From a virus (Duplodnaviria; Caudoviricetes), in IMG/VR virus record IMGVR_UViG_3300037067_002413, positions 1-64,000 of that record: a stretch of DNA of 64,000 nt; one strand, 5' to 3'. The position numbers and the translations under genes were made by a program. Below, piece after piece: positions 62,258 through 64,000 of this stretch. The notes under the pieces are model-generated. The model was not told the DNA's origin. It worked only from the letters and a program-made list of their open reading frames with translations, and searched no databases. How positions within the stretch are numbered: position 1 is the stretch's first letter; every line of letters begins with the position of its first letter.

Positions 62258-62314
62258 TGGGCCGACGTTCGTGGGTTATCAGGCATAAGACACCCACGGC
62301 AATTTTCTAGCCTA
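62258..62314 (+). ncRNA. Y RNA-like unit 8 (weaker terminal stem)
   Basis: TGGGC(C)GA..TTCGTGGG TTATC ... CCCACGG ... TAGCCTA. Confidence 0.65.
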
Positions 62315-62329
62315 ACCTTTGGAGAAAAC

Positions 62330-63928
62330 ATGAAGACTTTAGCCAAGCACGTTTCAGTTCGGATTACTCCGCAGACTCGACCGATTCCTGGAAAGAATCA
62401 AGAGCAGAACAACGCAGGTGGGTATACGTTCGTTCTGGATTGTTGGGGACGACTTCAACGGTTTTTGATTCTCGGTTCCGAGGGCGGGACGTATTATGTC
62501 GGCGAACAAAAGTTGACGGAACAAAATGCGTCCGCCGTTGCTGAATGTGGTGAAGAAGACGCGGCCAAAGCCGTGGAGATGATCGCCTCGATCAGCGAAT
62601 CGGGCCGTGCTCCAAAGAATGATTCTGCTATTTTCGCCCTGGCACTTTTGGCGAGTCAGGCGGACGATACTGTTCGACGACTGGCATTGGCTGCGTTGCC
62701 GCGTGTTTGCCGCACGGCTACCCATTTGTTCCAATTCGTTGCGAACTGCAAGGAACTGCGCGGTTGGGGCCGTGGATTGCGTGAGGCGGTCGCCGGCTGG
62801 TACAACGAGAAGCCGGTTGACAAACTCGCCTATCAGGTGACGAAATACAGGAACCGTGCCGGCTACACGCATCGGGATATTCTCCGGCTTAGTCATCCGA
62901 AGACGGGCGATTACGAACGAAACAATCTATACCGTTGGATTACGAAGGGGACTCTCCCAGACGAAATCACGGTTGCGTTTAATCCGTTGGCTTTGATTTT
63001 TGGCTTGGAAGCAGCAAATGCTCTTTTGCCTACCGACGTGAAGGGGATGATCGGACTGATCGAACTTTACGGGTTGACTTTGGAGCATGTGCCCAATCAT
63101 TTCCTTAGCAGCCCGGCTGTATGGGAAGCCTTGCTTCCGAATCTGCCGCCCACGGCAATGATCCGAAATCTGGGTAAGATGACCAGCGTCGGCCTTCTGA
63201 AACCACTATCGGTATCTGCGAATATGGTTTGCAACGTGCTGACCAATCCCGATCGCCTTCGTGGTGCTCGCGTGCATCCACTATCCGTCTTGATTGCCAC
63301 CGACACATACAGTCAAGGCCACGGCGTCAAGGGGTCGCTGACATGGCAGCCGGTGGGACAAATCAGGGACGCCCTTGAGGAAGCATTTTATTCTGCCTTT
63401 GACGCCGTGGAGTTGACGGGTAAACGACATTTGTTGAGTCTGGATGTGTCCGGTTCGATGGGCTGGTCGTTACTTGCCAACACTAGATTGAGTGCTGCCA
63501 AGGCCGCCGCTTGCATGGCGATGGTTACGCATCGACTTGAGCCGCAAACTCATGTGATGGGTTTCTCCAACGATCTGGTTCCGATCGACATTTCCAAGAA
63601 GGAACGTCTCGATGCCTTGGTAACCAAGATTGGTCGTATTCCGATGGGCGGAACTGATTGTAGTCTGCCCATGCTCTACGCGGCTCAACAGAAGTTGGAC
63701 GTGGATGCCTTTGTGGTATACACGGATAACGAGACTTGGGGTGGGAAGATTCACCCCATTCAAGCTCTCAAGATTTACCGTCAAGCGAGCGGCATCAACG
63801 CCAAGTTGATTGTCGTCGGAATGACCGCCAGCCAGTTCACGATCGCCGATCCTTCTGATGCCGGCATGTTGGACGTTGTTGGTTTTGACGCTTCCTGCCC
63901 AGCCGTAATGGCTGATTTCGTTCGTTGA
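62330..63928 (+). CDS. rsr: Ro60 / TROVE-domain RNA-binding protein
   Basis: N.AGGY.F....W..L.RFLILGSEGGTYY; KY.NR.G..H.D.LRL.HP; AMIRNLGKMT; vWA MIDAS DVSGSM, GGTD, YTDNETW; GGAG RBS at 62321. Confidence 0.95.
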   Translation: MKTLAKHVSVRITPQTRPIPGKNQEQNNAGGYTFVLDCWGRLQRFLILGSEGGTYYVGEQKLTEQNASAVAECGEEDAAKAVEMIASISESGRAPKNDSAIFALALLASQADDTVRRLALAALPRVCRTATHLFQFVANCKELRGWGRGLREAVAGWYNEKPVDKLAYQVTKYRNRAGYTHRDILRLSHPKTGDYERNNLYRWITKGTLPDEITVAFNPLALIFGLEAANALLPTDVKGMIGLIELYGLTLEHVPNHFLSSPAVWEALLPNLPPTAMIRNLGKMTSVGLLKPLSVSANMVCNVLTNPDRLRGARVHPLSVLIATDTYSQGHGVKGSLTWQPVGQIRDALEEAFYSAFDAVELTGKRHLLSLDVSGSMGWSLLANTRLSAAKAAACMAMVTHRLEPQTHVMGFSNDLVPIDISKKERLDALVTKIGRIPMGGTDCSLPMLYAAQQKLDVDAFVVYTDNETWGGKIHPIQALKIYRQASGINAKLIVVGMTASQFTIADPSDAGMLDVVGFDASCPAVMADFVR

Positions 63929-64000
63929 TTTAGCGGGGCTTCGGTGTGTGCAAAAGCACTGAACCTATAACCGCACGGTTGATGACTAGGACTGCCTCAG

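Noticed and set aside
61570-62314. CRISPR array interpretation of the repeated units
   Set aside because: The units conserve pairing and short motifs rather than identical direct repeats with spacers; no cas genes in the window
62162-62329. N-terminal extension of Ro60 in the ORF track
   Set aside because: Overlaps Y units; the RBS (GGAG) and family-typical N-terminus point to ATG 62330
63929-64000. Further Y unit or rtcB gene after Ro60
   Set aside because: No GGGCCGA/TTATC module is visible and the window ends; cannot be assessed

Overview
This window is most of a tailed dsDNA bacteriophage genome (siphovirus-like: long tape measure, no sheath gene seen); the host is unknown. From left to right it contains G-rich tandem repeats and an AT-rich leader (1-1140), then a dense + strand block of small genes including a serine recombinase and a truncated paralog (1.2-15 kb). 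A - strand block follows with two DNA methyltransferases, a BCS1-like AAA ATPase, a stand-alone S4 domain and tRNA-like RNAs (15-21.5 kb). The virion module (terminase, portal, scaffold, P22-like capsid, tail, tape measure) spans 21.7-48.8 kb, and replication genes (exonuclease, dATP/dGTP diphosphohydrolase, primase-helicase, ParB proteins, SNF2 helicase, phosphoesterase) span 48.9-61.5 kb. The window ends with a Ro60/TROVE gene. The standout is the 750 bp upstream of Ro60: an array of seven Y RNA-like units sharing a GGGC(C)GA/TTGCCC bulged-C stem and a TTATC motif. Four are free-standing. Three are tRNA cloverleaves with a circularly permuted Y module grafted into the anticodon arm. A fourth tRNA-Y chimera lies 41 kb away on the - strand, downstream of a near-identical copy of the same 42-bp putative promoter. 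All protein and RNA calls come from motif recognition and manual base pairing; no searches were run.
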